The notes under the pieces: model-generated
Seen by the model: only the letters and a program-made list of their open reading frames with translations
Database searches by the model: none
What the model was told of the DNA's origin: nothing
Shown here: one piece after another, positions 1-9,418 of the stretch
Layout: each line of letters opens with the position of its first letter
Numbering within the stretch: the first letter of the stretch is position 1
Position numbers and translations under genes: made by a program
Source of the DNA: Eggerthellaceae bacterium
GTDB lineage: Bacteria > Bacillota > Clostridia > Christensenellales > UBA1242
Assembly (NCBI GenBank): GCA_963602685.1
Contig: CAVCJG010000001.1
Coordinates: 13,981-77,980, forward strand
Length of the DNA: 64,000 bases
Direction: 5' to 3'

Positions 1-1106
1 GAGCAAAAGACGGCGAAATCAAATTGATTGAAATGCCAGTTAGAGCAAATGGCAAGGAACTTCCAAAAATACAAATAATTGATATGATGAATGAAATCCG
101 AGCAGGAAACAGCGGCAATTTTTCAACGCAACTTCTGTCGGACTTAGCAAAAGTTATAAACGACAAAAAGCAAGCCATGATTTTTATCAATCGCCGAGGA
201 TATTCGTCATTTATGATGTGTCGCGAATGCGGATATGTTGCAAAATGTCATGATTGCGATGTCAGCCTTGTTTATCATCGCGAAGACAATCGCTTGAAAT
301 GCCATTACTGCGGCAAGCAATACAAGGTTTTGGATCAATGTCCAAATTGCGGCTCAAACAAAATTAAGCAGGGGGCGGTTGGCACTGAAAAAGTGGTCGA
401 CCAGTTGAAAAGCATTTTTCCTGATGTTAAAATTTTGCGCATGGACAACGACACAACGTCAAAGAAAAACGCGCATCAAAAAATTCTTTCAGAATTTGCA
501 GCAACGAAGCCTGCGATATTAGTTGGCACTCAAATGATTGCAAAGGGGCATGATTTTGAAGATGTTACTCTGGTTGGAATTGTCGATGCGGATCAAAGCC
601 TTTATCGTTCTGACTATCGCAGCACAGAACGCTGTTTTCAACTTATCACGCAAGTAAGCGGAAGGGCGGGCAGAAGCCAATGGGAAGGCAAAGTTGATTT
701 GCAGACCTATTCGCCACGCCATTACGTTTATAAGTTTGCAGCAAACTATGATTATAAGGCGTTTTTCAAAAAAGAGGCAAACATACGTCAAACGGCACAA
801 TTTCCGCCTTTTTCAAAAATAATTCGCATTCTTTTTTCACATTCAGATGAAAATGTTGTTAAAAATGAATTAAAATCATGTTATAATAAACTGTTGCAAG
901 TGCGCGAGAAATATTTTGATGACATCATTTATATGGATGCTATGAAATCACCAATCAAGCGCATCAAAAATTCTTATCGCTATCAAGTGATAATCAGATT
1001 AAAGTTAAACAACTGCAAGCAAATCGAAGACGAAATTTATGCTTGCACGCAAGATGGATTAAAGTCAAGTGTGTTTTTTGAAGTTAATCCTGAAAACATG
1101 TCATAG
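1..1106 (+). CDS. priA: Primosomal protein N' (PriA helicase), C-terminal part; the 5' end lies outside the window
   Basis: The frame is open from the window edge, so TTG at 24 is only the ORF-caller start. Zinc-binding Cys clusters CRECGYVAKCHDCDVSLVYH..CHYCG..CPNCGS and helicase C-terminal motifs VGTQMIAKGHDF and QVSGRAGR are present. It is followed by def-fmt as in the conserved priA-def-fmt arrangement. Confidence 0.85.
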   Translation, partial: AKDGEIKLIEMPVRANGKELPKIQIIDMMNEIRAGNSGNFSTQLLSDLAKVINDKKQAMIFINRRGYSSFMMCRECGYVAKCHDCDVSLVYHREDNRLKCHYCGKQYKVLDQCPNCGSNKIKQGAVGTEKVVDQLKSIFPDVKILRMDNDTTSKKNAHQKILSEFAATKPAILVGTQMIAKGHDFEDVTLVGIVDADQSLYRSDYRSTERCFQLITQVSGRAGRSQWEGKVDLQTYSPRHYVYKFAANYDYKAFFKKEANIRQTAQFPPFSKIIRILFSHSDENVVKNELKSCYNKLLQVREKYFDDIIYMDAMKSPIKRIKNSYRYQVIIRLKLNNCKQIEDEIYACTQDGLKSSVFFEVNPENMS

Positions 1107-1114
1107 GAGGACAA

Positions 1115-1585
1115 ATGGCAAAAAGAAAAGTACTTAAATTTCCAGACGAAAGATTAAGACGCATCTCAAAACCAGTGACTGAGTTTGATGACGAACTCTA
1201 CGAACTTTTGGACGATATGCGTGAGACTATGTATGCAAACGACGGCATGGGATTGGCTGCTCCGCAAGTTGGCGTGCCTATTCGCGCCATCGTTATGGAT
1301 GTCGGGGGCTGCTATTTTGAATTGATCAATCCTGAAATCACTTTTGAAGAAGGTGAGCAGATTGACGAAGAGGGCTGCCTTAGTGTTGGACATTTTAACG
1401 ACAATGTAAAACGTCCATACAAAGTTACAGTTAAGGCCAAAGACAGACTTGGATACAACTTTGAAATAACTGGCGAAAAATATTTTGCTCGTTGCGCAAG
1501 TCATGAAATCGACCACTTAAACGGAAGGCTTTTTATCGACATCAGCGAACATGGTCAAGAATATATCAAAAAACACGGGAAATAG
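1115..1585 (+). CDS. def: Peptide deformylase
   Basis: 156 aa with the three deformylase motifs: GLAAPQVG, EGCLSVG, HEIDHLNG. RBS GGAGG lies upstream. Confidence 0.95.
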   Translation: MAKRKVLKFPDERLRRISKPVTEFDDELYELLDDMRETMYANDGMGLAAPQVGVPIRAIVMDVGGCYFELINPEITFEEGEQIDEEGCLSVGHFNDNVKRPYKVTVKAKDRLGYNFEITGEKYFARCASHEIDHLNGRLFIDISEHGQEYIKKHGK

Positions 1586-2497
1586 ATGAAAGTTTTATTT
1601 TTAGGTTCACCAAATTTTGCAAAAACAGTGCTTGATGGCATTTTGAAGGCAGGACACGAAGTCGTTGCCGTCATTTGTCAACCCGATCGTCCAGCAAGCC
1701 GTGGACACAAAATGCAAATGCCTGCTGTGAAAGAATATGCTCTTGAAAAGGGGCTTAAAGTGCTGCAGTTTGAAAAAGTAAACAGAAATTTAGACGAACT
1801 AGCAGCGCTTGATTATGACATTTTTGTGACCGCTTCGTTCGGCCAAATTTTGTCACGCGATTTTTTAGCAATGAAAATGGGCTTAAATGTGCACCCATCT
1901 TTGCTTCCAAAGTTTAGGGGCGCAACGCCTATTCAAACGGCTCTTTTGAATGGTTGCGAAAAAACAGGCGTGACTATTCAAAGAATGGTTTATGAAGTTG
2001 ATGCGGGCGATATTATCGAACAAGAAGAAGTTGAAATTCGACCTGACGACGATTATGTCGCTCTTGAAAATCGCCTGAGCGAAGTGAGCGTTAGACTGCT
2101 TACAAAGGCGCTTGAATCAATCGAAAATGGCACGGCCGAATTTGTTCCACAACAAGGCGAGCCAACATTTACTAGAATGATTGAAAAAAGCGACGGCAAG
2201 CTTGACTTTTTAAGACCTGCCAGCGACAATGTAAACAAAGTTAGGGCGCTTGCGCACAATCCAGGGTGCTATTTTGAATTGGGCGGACAGCGTGTAAAAG
2301 TTTTGAGGGCTGCGCTTGCAGAACAAGAAAAGGGCGCGCAATATCAGCCAAAAGATATTATTAAAGATAAAAATCACTTTTTGATTAAATGCTTGGATTC
2401 AGTCATCGAAGTCGTTTCGCTTGTTTCACCAAACGGGAAAACAGTTGATGGCAAAGCATTTTTGAACGGACTTAGAAACATAAACAAGGTGGATTGA
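1586..2497 (+). CDS. fmt: Methionyl-tRNA formyltransferase
   Basis: 303 aa. N-terminal MKVLFLGSPNFA, NVHPSLLPKFRGATPIQ motif, and position directly after def. Confidence 0.95.
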   Translation: MKVLFLGSPNFAKTVLDGILKAGHEVVAVICQPDRPASRGHKMQMPAVKEYALEKGLKVLQFEKVNRNLDELAALDYDIFVTASFGQILSRDFLAMKMGLNVHPSLLPKFRGATPIQTALLNGCEKTGVTIQRMVYEVDAGDIIEQEEVEIRPDDDYVALENRLSEVSVRLLTKALESIENGTAEFVPQQGEPTFTRMIEKSDGKLDFLRPASDNVNKVRALAHNPGCYFELGGQRVKVLRAALAEQEKGAQYQPKDIIKDKNHFLIKCLDSVIEVVSLVSPNGKTVDGKAFLNGLRNINKVD

Positions 2498-3528
2498 TGC
2501 TGCTTGATTATTCATTAGCGGAAATTAAAGAGTATGTGACGGGGTTGGGTTTTCCTGCATTTAGGGGGAAACAACTTTTTGATGCAATCTACAGCGGCAA
2601 AAAACTTAATGAAATTTCAAACCTTCCAAAAGAAATGTTGGAAGCAGTAAAAAAAGATTATCCATCTTTTAATTTAATTAAAAAATTGACCGCCGAAGAC
2701 GGGACAAGCAAATATATCTTTGCGCTCAGTGATGGGCAAACTGTCGAAAGCGTTTTGATGAAATATAAATATGGAAACACAGTTTGCGTTTCTACACAAA
2801 TCGGCTGCCGAATGGGCTGCAAGTTTTGCGCATCGACTTTGAATGGACTGCTGCGCAACCTTTCTGCTGGCGAAATTTTAGAACAAATTATTTTTATAAA
2901 TGCCGAACTTGGCGGCACTACTAAGTCGCGACAAGTCACAAACGTCGTGCTTATGGGAATGGGCGAGCCACTTGACAATTATGACAATGTGTTAAAATTT
3001 TTACATCTTGTATCAAGCGAAGACGGCTTAAATATTTCGCAGCGAAACATCACGCTTTCGACTTGCGGGATTGTTCCAAAAATTTATCAACTTGCTGACG
3101 ATGGCGTCAGTGTGACACTTACAATTTCTTTGCACGCAACTTCTGATGAAAAGCGCAGAGAGTTTATGCCGATTGCAAACGCATATTCAATTCAAGAAAT
3201 TTTGAAGGCTTGCAGATATTATTTCGAAAAGACGGGAAGAAGGATAGGGTTTGAATATTCGCTTATCGCCGGCGGAAACGATTCGCTTGACGAAGCGGAT
3301 AAGCTTAGCACACTATTGAAAGGTTTGCCATGCCATGTAAATGTTATTCCTTTAAACTCGGTTAAAGAGCGCGCACTGGTTGGCACAAACATCAAAAAGG
3401 CATATGCGTTTGTAGAGCGCTTAAACAAAAACGGCATTTCGGCCACAAAGCGTCGAACAATGGGCGAAGATATTGGCGGCGCTTGCGGTCAACTTCGCTC
3501 GAAAGTTTTGCGAGGTGAAGAATGCTAG
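2494..3528 (+). CDS. rlmN: 23S rRNA/tRNA (adenine-C2)-methyltransferase RlmN (radical SAM)
   Basis: Radical-SAM cluster CRMGCKFCAS, MGMGEPLDN, and C-terminal GGACGQL. The real start is probably ATG at 2497, overlapping the fmt stop. Confidence 0.9.
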   Translation: MMLLDYSLAEIKEYVTGLGFPAFRGKQLFDAIYSGKKLNEISNLPKEMLEAVKKDYPSFNLIKKLTAEDGTSKYIFALSDGQTVESVLMKYKYGNTVCVSTQIGCRMGCKFCASTLNGLLRNLSAGEILEQIIFINAELGGTTKSRQVTNVVLMGMGEPLDNYDNVLKFLHLVSSEDGLNISQRNITLSTCGIVPKIYQLADDGVSVTLTISLHATSDEKRREFMPIANAYSIQEILKACRYYFEKTGRRIGFEYSLIAGGNDSLDEADKLSTLLKGLPCHVNVIPLNSVKERALVGTNIKKAYAFVERLNKNGISATKRRTMGEDIGGACGQLRSKVLRGEEC

Positions 3529-4358
3529 GAAAAGTTGTCAAAAAAAATGCAAATCAATTTTTAGTCAACGGACGTTGGTGTGTTGCAAGAGGCAATCTTA
3601 AAGACCAAGGCATTTTTGTCGGTGATGACGTCGTGTGTGACGACCGCGAAAATGTGATTGAAAAAGTGTGCGAAAGAAAAAATGTTCTTGTTCGTCCGCC
3701 TATTGCGAACATAGACAAAATGATAATTGTAATTGCGCCAGTGCCTAAACCTGATTTTCTGTTGATTGATAAATTGCTGATATTTTGCGAAAAAAATGAA
3801 ATAATTCCTGTAATTTGCGTAAATAAATGTGATATTTTGGATGAAACGCTGAAAAATCAAATTATAAGTGTTTATTCTAAGATTGCAAAAATAATTATGA
3901 CAAGCGCAAAAAATGACGATTGCAAAGAACTTGCAAGTCAAATAAAAGGCGTTTGCACATTTGCAGGACAAAGCGCAGTTGGCAAAAGCAGTTTGATAAA
4001 CGCGCTGCACGGGCAAGAAGTTGAGCAAGTTGGCGACCTTGCTAAAAAGGTTGAAAGGGGCAAGCAAACAACTCGCATGGTAAGCCTTTATCAACTTGGC
4101 GAAGGCGACTATATTGCTGACACGGCGGGATTTTCAAAACTTGATGAGGGGTTGCTTGATATTGACGAAAGAAAATTGGCAAACTTTTATCCTGACTTTG
4201 TGCCATATTTAAACGACTGCGAATATTATTCGTGCACGCATACGAAAGAGAAAAAATGCGGGATAGCCGCTGCGGCAAAACGGGGTGACATTCCACTTGT
4301 TAGATATGAAAATTATTTAAAACTTTATGACGCTATTAAAGAGAGGAGACGAAAATGA
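3522..4358 (+). CDS. rsgA: Ribosome small-subunit-dependent GTPase A
   Basis: Circularly permuted GTPase: NKCD precedes GQSAVGKSSLINAL. C-terminal Cys/His zinc knuckle CEYYSCTHTKEKKCG. Confidence 0.85.
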   Translation: MLGKVVKKNANQFLVNGRWCVARGNLKDQGIFVGDDVVCDDRENVIEKVCERKNVLVRPPIANIDKMIIVIAPVPKPDFLLIDKLLIFCEKNEIIPVICVNKCDILDETLKNQIISVYSKIAKIIMTSAKNDDCKELASQIKGVCTFAGQSAVGKSSLINALHGQEVEQVGDLAKKVERGKQTTRMVSLYQLGEGDYIADTAGFSKLDEGLLDIDERKLANFYPDFVPYLNDCEYYSCTHTKEKKCGIAAAAKRGDIPLVRYENYLKLYDAIKERRRK

Positions 4359-5020
4359 AAAAGAGAACAGTCGACATAGCGGTTTCAACTGATCCCGTCA
4401 AAGATTATCAAGAACTTTTGGAATATGCAAAATCAATGCAAGGCGTGGCAGACTTGTTGCACTGCGACATTATGGATGGCAAGTTTGTAGAACACACAAC
4501 TTTTGACAGCCGTTTTGTGGCAAAGATAAACAGCCAAACGCTTATACCACTCGACGTGCACTTGATGACTGTTGAACCTCTTGCGACGCTTGAAGAATAT
4601 TTGAAGGCGGGGGCAAATATTGTAACCGTCCACTATGAAGCCTTTAAAAACAAAAAAGATTTGATTGCAGCGTTTAAACTGATTCGTTCTTATCACGCTT
4701 TGGCAGGGCTTAGTTTTAAACCTAACACACCGATTAGCGAAGTTAAAAGTTTTCTGTTTTATGTTGACGTTGTTTTGCTTATGTCGGTCGAACCTGGCAT
4801 CAGCGGACAGCAACTTATTGAGTCGACATATGAAAGACTTCGTCAGTTAAGCGACATCAGATTTGATAACAAACTCAATTTCAAAATTGAAATAGATGGC
4901 GGGGTCAATGACAAAAACGCACATCTGTTGTCAGAACTTGGAGCGGATATACTGGTTAGTGGCAACTTTGTTTACAAAGCGCCAGACCGCGAAAAAGCAA
5001 TAAAAAAATTAAAAAAATAA
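4355..5020 (+). CDS. rpe: Ribulose-phosphate 3-epimerase
   Basis: 221 aa with LHCDIMDGKFV, DVHLM, MSVEPG, EIDGGVN motifs. It follows rsgA as in Bacillus. Confidence 0.9.
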   Translation: MKKRTVDIAVSTDPVKDYQELLEYAKSMQGVADLLHCDIMDGKFVEHTTFDSRFVAKINSQTLIPLDVHLMTVEPLATLEEYLKAGANIVTVHYEAFKNKKDLIAAFKLIRSYHALAGLSFKPNTPISEVKSFLFYVDVVLLMSVEPGISGQQLIESTYERLRQLSDIRFDNKLNFKIEIDGGVNDKNAHLLSELGADILVSGNFVYKAPDREKAIKKLKK

Positions 5021-5098
5021 CTATTTTTAATAAAAAATCTTAAAATATTTATTAAAAAAGAGGCGTTAGTCAATGCAGTTTGAAACGAGCAAAATATA

Positions 5099-5132
5099 AA
5101 CACTTTAATCAACTATGTTAAGGTGTTTTTTT
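5099..5132 (+). terminator. Candidate intrinsic terminator after rpe
   Basis: A 10-bp stem AACACTTTAA / TTAAGGTGTT (one G-U pair), 9-nt loop, then a T-run. Confidence 0.45.
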
Positions 5133-6023
5133 CTATCTCTTAGCGCCAATAAAAAGTTTATTTCTTAAATTACGAGTCATAATTGTATTTATGCCAACTA
5201 ACCCAGCAAAATTTTGACTTTTTACAGCATCATTAAATGATTTATACAATAAAAAAGTTGAAGAAGCAAAATACAAAATTAGAGAAATGTCATCAATATT
5301 TTGATATAGATTTACTCTTGCTACACCAACATCTCTTTTTGAATCTAACAAGTCCCATTCAATATCAGCAATCATATTTTTAAAATCAATAAAATCTGTA
5401 TCTTTTAATGAGTCTATGTATGATTTTTCAAATATTCCAATAAATGAGTCTTCTTCATCTTCATTTTGAATTATTAATTCATATTTTGTTAAATTTTTTT
5501 CAAGAAAAATATCAAGTGTATCACTCAAAACAATATTGCATATAAGATTATTATTTTTATTAAATAACTTCATTGTCCCGGGGTTCATCTTTGAATACTT
5601 TAGATAATAATCACTATCATCTTCAATCATAAATCGACCGTTTTTAAATTTAAATGAATAAATTTCATCATCAAAGGATTTGCTTGTTAAAAATATTTCT
5701 TTGCTTTTTGTAAGGGCATTAGTTATACAATACACCCATTCAGATGATTCATCGTCAACAGTTTTAATACTTGAAGATTCTTCAAAATTAAGCTCTTGCC
5801 ATTTACTTATATACTTTGAAAATATCTTTTCAATTTTTTTCCATTTTTTTGCACAATAATTATAAAATTTAATAACAAGTTTTACATCTTCTAATTCTTT
5901 ACTTCTGTTTAAAGTTTTTATAGCTTTGTTTTCAAATTCTTCATAAGAAATTCCATTTGTTGCCTCTATTCCAAGCTCATCAAAAAAACATCTTATTTTT
6001 TCTATAAAACCCCTTGTAATCAT
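5133..6023 (-). CDS. Hypothetical protein (296 aa), no recognisable motif; very AT-rich orphan
   Basis: Long uninterrupted ORF with Lys/Asp/Glu/Ile/Phe-rich composition. RBS GGAGGA lies upstream of the ATG on the minus strand. Base composition is visibly lower in G+C than both neighbours. Confidence 0.55.
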   Translation of the reverse strand: MITRGFIEKIRCFFDELGIEATNGISYEEFENKAIKTLNRSKELEDVKLVIKFYNYCAKKWKKIEKIFSKYISKWQELNFEESSSIKTVDDESSEWVYCITNALTKSKEIFLTSKSFDDEIYSFKFKNGRFMIEDDSDYYLKYSKMNPGTMKLFNKNNNLICNIVLSDTLDIFLEKNLTKYELIIQNEDEEDSFIGIFEKSYIDSLKDTDFIDFKNMIADIEWDLLDSKRDVGVARVNLYQNIDDISLILYFASSTFLLYKSFNDAVKSQNFAGLVGINTIMTRNLRNKLFIGAKR

Positions 6024-6157
6024 AAATCCTCCATGATTAATTTAGTATTAGCATAAAATAAAAATATCACACTAGTTTCAAAAGGGTTAGCCCTTTGCCT
6101 CTTTTTTTGATGTTAAACTTAAATGTTTTATTAAGACAAATGATCGAAAAATTTGTT

Positions 6158-7381
6158 TTAATATTTGTTTATTTTGCGTTTGCGGTCAAGAAGAATTGAC
6201 AGCACAAGAAGTGGGGGAACCATGCAGGCGCAAAGTATCATTCCAGTCACTGCCGCTGTTTGTGAAAGCAACAGGCCGCTGACAGCGAGCGAGAATATTA
6301 AACGACCTAAATAGCGTCCCATATTTGTAAGTGAAAGCAGTGTTTGTCTTTTTGTCAAACCTTTGCTGTTCATTACAAAATCCTCGCGAATGATATTGAA
6401 TGGGTCGCGCGCAGCATAAATGAAAACTGAGCCGATTGACATAACAATTATGGCAGCGATTCCTGAAAGGAAAGTTCCGCCAAGCCCAACCATTATGATG
6501 CCGACGGCAAGCATTGTTAAAACAAAATATGTAGTGTTGAAACCAAACTTTTTGTAAATGCCTTCAAAGCCGAGAGTTGAGAACGCGCGCAGCGCACGAA
6601 CAATGGCGTTTATTATTGTGATTGTGATTGCAGAGATGCCGATTTCTTGGAAGGTCATTTTGTTTATGTCCATGTTGCAGCTTACAAGCGCGCTAAACAG
6701 GGCAGAGAATCCAACAAGAAGCCAAGTTGTGTGATATTTGAAAAGTTTGAAGTATTCGAATTTTTCCATTTGTACTTGATGCGCTGGAAGATTGTTTTGT
6801 TTTTTGTAAAGTTCTTTTTCGTTGCGAACGAATATTGACAATATCATGGCGACAACCATTATCGCGCAGCAACATACGATAGGTGCGTATGCCCAAACCT
6901 GATAAAGATATCCGGCGGCAAGGCAAGATGCGGCGGAAAGAATTTGATAAAGAAATTTTATTCTTCCGCAGTATTTGGCATAACTGTTGCTCATGCCATA
7001 CATTTTTAAGTTGTCTTTTAAAATTTTGCTGTCAGATGGAGTTTTGAATGCCATTCCGATTGCAAAAACCACAAAAGATAAAAAGATTGTCCAAGTGTTG
7101 AATATAAATAAAACAGCAGAAAGTAAATAACAAGCGGTGCCTATTCGCGAAGCGGTGGTCGTGCCGATTTTTCGCACAAGTTTAATGAGCGGAAGTTGAA
7201 TCAATATGTATGAGAGTGACAAAATTGTTATTGTCAGTGAAATTGCCGAAAAACTCATGCCTTTGATTTCGTTTAAAAAGATTGAATCGATGGCATAAAT
7301 AAAAAGCCAGTCACAAGACAAGGCTTGATAAAGAAGCAATAAATTGATTTTTCTCTTGTTTTTCTTAATGTTTTCTTCCAT
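6158..7381 (-). CDS. Polytopic membrane transporter, MFS-like
   Basis: 407 aa with about 12 hydrophobic segments in two halves separated by a charged loop (RNEKELYKKQNN). No specific substrate motif recognised. Confidence 0.5.
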   Translation of the reverse strand: MEENIKKNKRKINLLLLYQALSCDWLFIYAIDSIFLNEIKGMSFSAISLTITILSLSYILIQLPLIKLVRKIGTTTASRIGTACYLLSAVLFIFNTWTIFLSFVVFAIGMAFKTPSDSKILKDNLKMYGMSNSYAKYCGRIKFLYQILSAASCLAAGYLYQVWAYAPIVCCCAIMVVAMILSIFVRNEKELYKKQNNLPAHQVQMEKFEYFKLFKYHTTWLLVGFSALFSALVSCNMDINKMTFQEIGISAITITIINAIVRALRAFSTLGFEGIYKKFGFNTTYFVLTMLAVGIIMVGLGGTFLSGIAAIIVMSIGSVFIYAARDPFNIIREDFVMNSKGLTKRQTLLSLTNMGRYLGRLIFSLAVSGLLLSQTAAVTGMILCACMVPPLLVLSILLDRKRKINKY

Positions 7382-7443
7382 ATATATAATTATTATAAAT
7401 GAATAATAAAAAATAACAAAACAATAATGGTGAAATTATTTTT

Positions 7444-7674
7444 TTATTGGATTTTTACATTGCCACAAAGTATGTCAAAATACGAAAATGTTTGAAGCGG
7501 TTGTCTGGCGCTTTCGATTCTAACAGTAAAAACTGACGGGTAGACATCTTTGACCGTTGCACTGACGTTGTCAATTTTTTTGCGCCCGCGATTTATGCTC
7601 ATTTCAACAGTTTCGCCTTTAAGCGAAGATATTTTTTCTTTAACCAAGTTTAGTTCACCTATATTTCTTTTCAT
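7444..7674 (-). CDS. veg: Veg family protein (DUF1021)
   Basis: 76 aa. GRKKIDNVSATVKDVYPSVFTV...FSYFDILCGNV matches the Bacillus Veg pattern (GGRRK...ETYPSVF...YSYADIL). Confidence 0.85.
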   Translation of the reverse strand: MKRNIGELNLVKEKISSLKGETVEMSINRGRKKIDNVSATVKDVYPSVFTVRIESARQPLQTFSYFDILCGNVKIQ

Positions 7675-7823
7675 TACTTCTCCTTTTTAAGCAGCATCTA
7701 CAAAAGTCTTTTTGACATAAAAAAATTTTTTAAACATTTGTCATACTTTGCAAGGCATCGCAATAAAATACAGCAAGTAGTGCGAAGAAAAGCACATTTT
7801 TAATTGATTGAGGGGGAATTAAA

Positions 7824-9335
7824 ATGTCGTTTGAAAACAATAATTTTCAGGTGGTGAGAAAAACTCGTTTGCCAAAAGGAGAACTGAATCTTGCGGTTCA
7901 AGTTGCTGCAGGAGATGAAATTGCAAAAGTTTATGCCGTTTCGTTGAATGTTTATTGTGATAATCAAGAAATCACAAATGGAGTAGTGTCATATTCGGGA
8001 CACGTAGATGTTTGCATGATTTATGGCCTTGAAGATGGCGGAATTGCAAGTGCACAAGCGTCTCATCCATTTTCTTCAAAATTTGAGGACGAGCAAATCG
8101 CAAACGGCGAAAAGGCTATTATCGAACTTAAAGTTGTCGATCATGAAATCGGTGCAATCTCTGGCTCGGATGCGACAATCAACGTCACAGTTGAGCAAAG
8201 CGGCGCGCTTATTCAAAATGTTGAAGTTAGAAACATTAAATCCAGCGATGACAGCATTTGTGTTAAAGAAGACGAACTTAGAATTGTTCAGTTTGTTGGA
8301 AGCGGCGTAAGTGCGCTTAATGAAAAACTTCAAACTTCGTCACGCGAAAAAGTTAAAAAGGTGCTTGGAACAGAAGCAAGCGTAACAATCAAAAACGTTG
8401 AAGCAGGCGTCAACTTTGTTTCAGTAAGTGGCGATGTAAACGCAAAAGTTTTGTATGTTGACGATAACGACAGGTTCCAATCAGCAGACCTTTATGATTC
8501 TTTTAAAGAAGAGATCGAAATTGAAGGCGTAAATCGTGAAAACTTTGTAGAAGCGTTTGCAAGAGTCAACACAAGCGACATCAAAGTTGAAATTGAAGAC
8601 GAAGAAAAGAACAGCAAGATTTCGCTTAATGTGCCATTTGAAGTTGCGGCTTATGCTTTTGAAGAAAAATCAATCACACTTGTAAGTGACCTTTTCAGCA
8701 CAAAAAATGAAGTGGAAATCACATCTGAAACATTTAATATGTCAAGGTCAATTTTCATGGAAAACGTAGAAGGAAAAGCGGACGGCTCACTTACAATCGA
8801 CCAAGATCAACCTCGTGTTGACAAAATTATGTTCACTTTTGGCAGCGGTGCAGTTGTTACAAACAGTTATGTTGCCGACGGCGAACTCACTCTTGAAGGT
8901 ATCGCAAAAACTACAGTGGTTTATCTCAATGACGAACTTGGCTCACTTAACGCTGTCGAAATTGAAGTGCCATTTGTGCTGAGTGACAAAACAAAGGCTT
9001 CATCGCAAGCGCTGATTTTGACAAACGCTGTGCTTACAGACGTAGACGTTGCTGTTAAAAAGGGAAGAGAACTTTTCTTTGACGGCAAAGTGAAAGTTAA
9101 CGTTATCATAAGCGAAGACGAAGTTTCTGCAACAATAAGCGAAGTAACCGAAGGCGAAACGCTTGCCGAAAAAGATTATGCTATGGAACTTGTGTTTGCC
9201 AAAGAAGGTGACACACTTTGGGATATCGCAAAAATGAGCAAGGTTAAAGAAAGCATGATTGCAGAGCAAAACCCATCGCTTGTGTTCCCACTTCAAGAAA
9301 ACAATGATATTGTGATTTTCTATCAAAATGTGTAA
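7824..9335 (+). CDS. SipL/SpoVID-like spore morphogenetic protein (repeated SPOCS/DUF3794-like body plus C-terminal LysM)
   Basis: 503 aa. The C-terminus GDTLWDIAKMSKVKESMIAEQNP...IVIF is a LysM motif. The acidic body has repeated V-rich beta-type segments, as in Clostridial SipL. It sits in a sporulation neighbourhood (veg, spoIIR). Confidence 0.6.
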   Translation: MSFENNNFQVVRKTRLPKGELNLAVQVAAGDEIAKVYAVSLNVYCDNQEITNGVVSYSGHVDVCMIYGLEDGGIASAQASHPFSSKFEDEQIANGEKAIIELKVVDHEIGAISGSDATINVTVEQSGALIQNVEVRNIKSSDDSICVKEDELRIVQFVGSGVSALNEKLQTSSREKVKKVLGTEASVTIKNVEAGVNFVSVSGDVNAKVLYVDDNDRFQSADLYDSFKEEIEIEGVNRENFVEAFARVNTSDIKVEIEDEEKNSKISLNVPFEVAAYAFEEKSITLVSDLFSTKNEVEITSETFNMSRSIFMENVEGKADGSLTIDQDQPRVDKIMFTFGSGAVVTNSYVADGELTLEGIAKTTVVYLNDELGSLNAVEIEVPFVLSDKTKASSQALILTNAVLTDVDVAVKKGRELFFDGKVKVNVIISEDEVSATISEVTEGETLAEKDYAMELVFAKEGDTLWDIAKMSKVKESMIAEQNPSLVFPLQENNDIVIFYQNV

Positions 9336-9336
9336 G

Positions 9337-9368
9337 TTTGCATAATTTCACATTTTAGGTATAAAAAT
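9337..9368 (+). promoter_or_regulatory. Candidate forespore (sigma-F/G type) promoter upstream of spoIIR
   Basis: TTTGCATAATTTC (GCATA -35-like) followed by GGTATAAAAAT. The same 13-mer occurs upstream of sigG at 38896. Confidence 0.35.
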
Positions 9369-9383
9369 CTCCCACTCGGTCAA

Positions 9384-9418
9384 AACTTCCCCTATAAAAA
9401 GTAGGGGGAGTTTTATTT
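9384..9418 (+). terminator. Hairpin plus T-run after the sipL-like gene; its 3' arm contains the spoIIR Shine-Dalgarno
   Basis: AACTTCCCCT (9384-9393) pairs with AGGGGGAGTT (9403-9412), followed by TTTTATTT and then the spoIIR ATG at 9419. Confidence 0.55.

Noticed and set aside
519-800. Numerous 60-180-aa antisense or alternate-frame ORFs nested in well-supported genes, for example 519-800, 1166-1516, 3561-4094, 22390-22863, 36107-36571, 42426-42884, 50086-50466
   Set aside because: Each lies entirely within a gene that has strong motif support on the other strand or frame. Their sequences are low-complexity, and no independent RBS, promoter or terminator is present.
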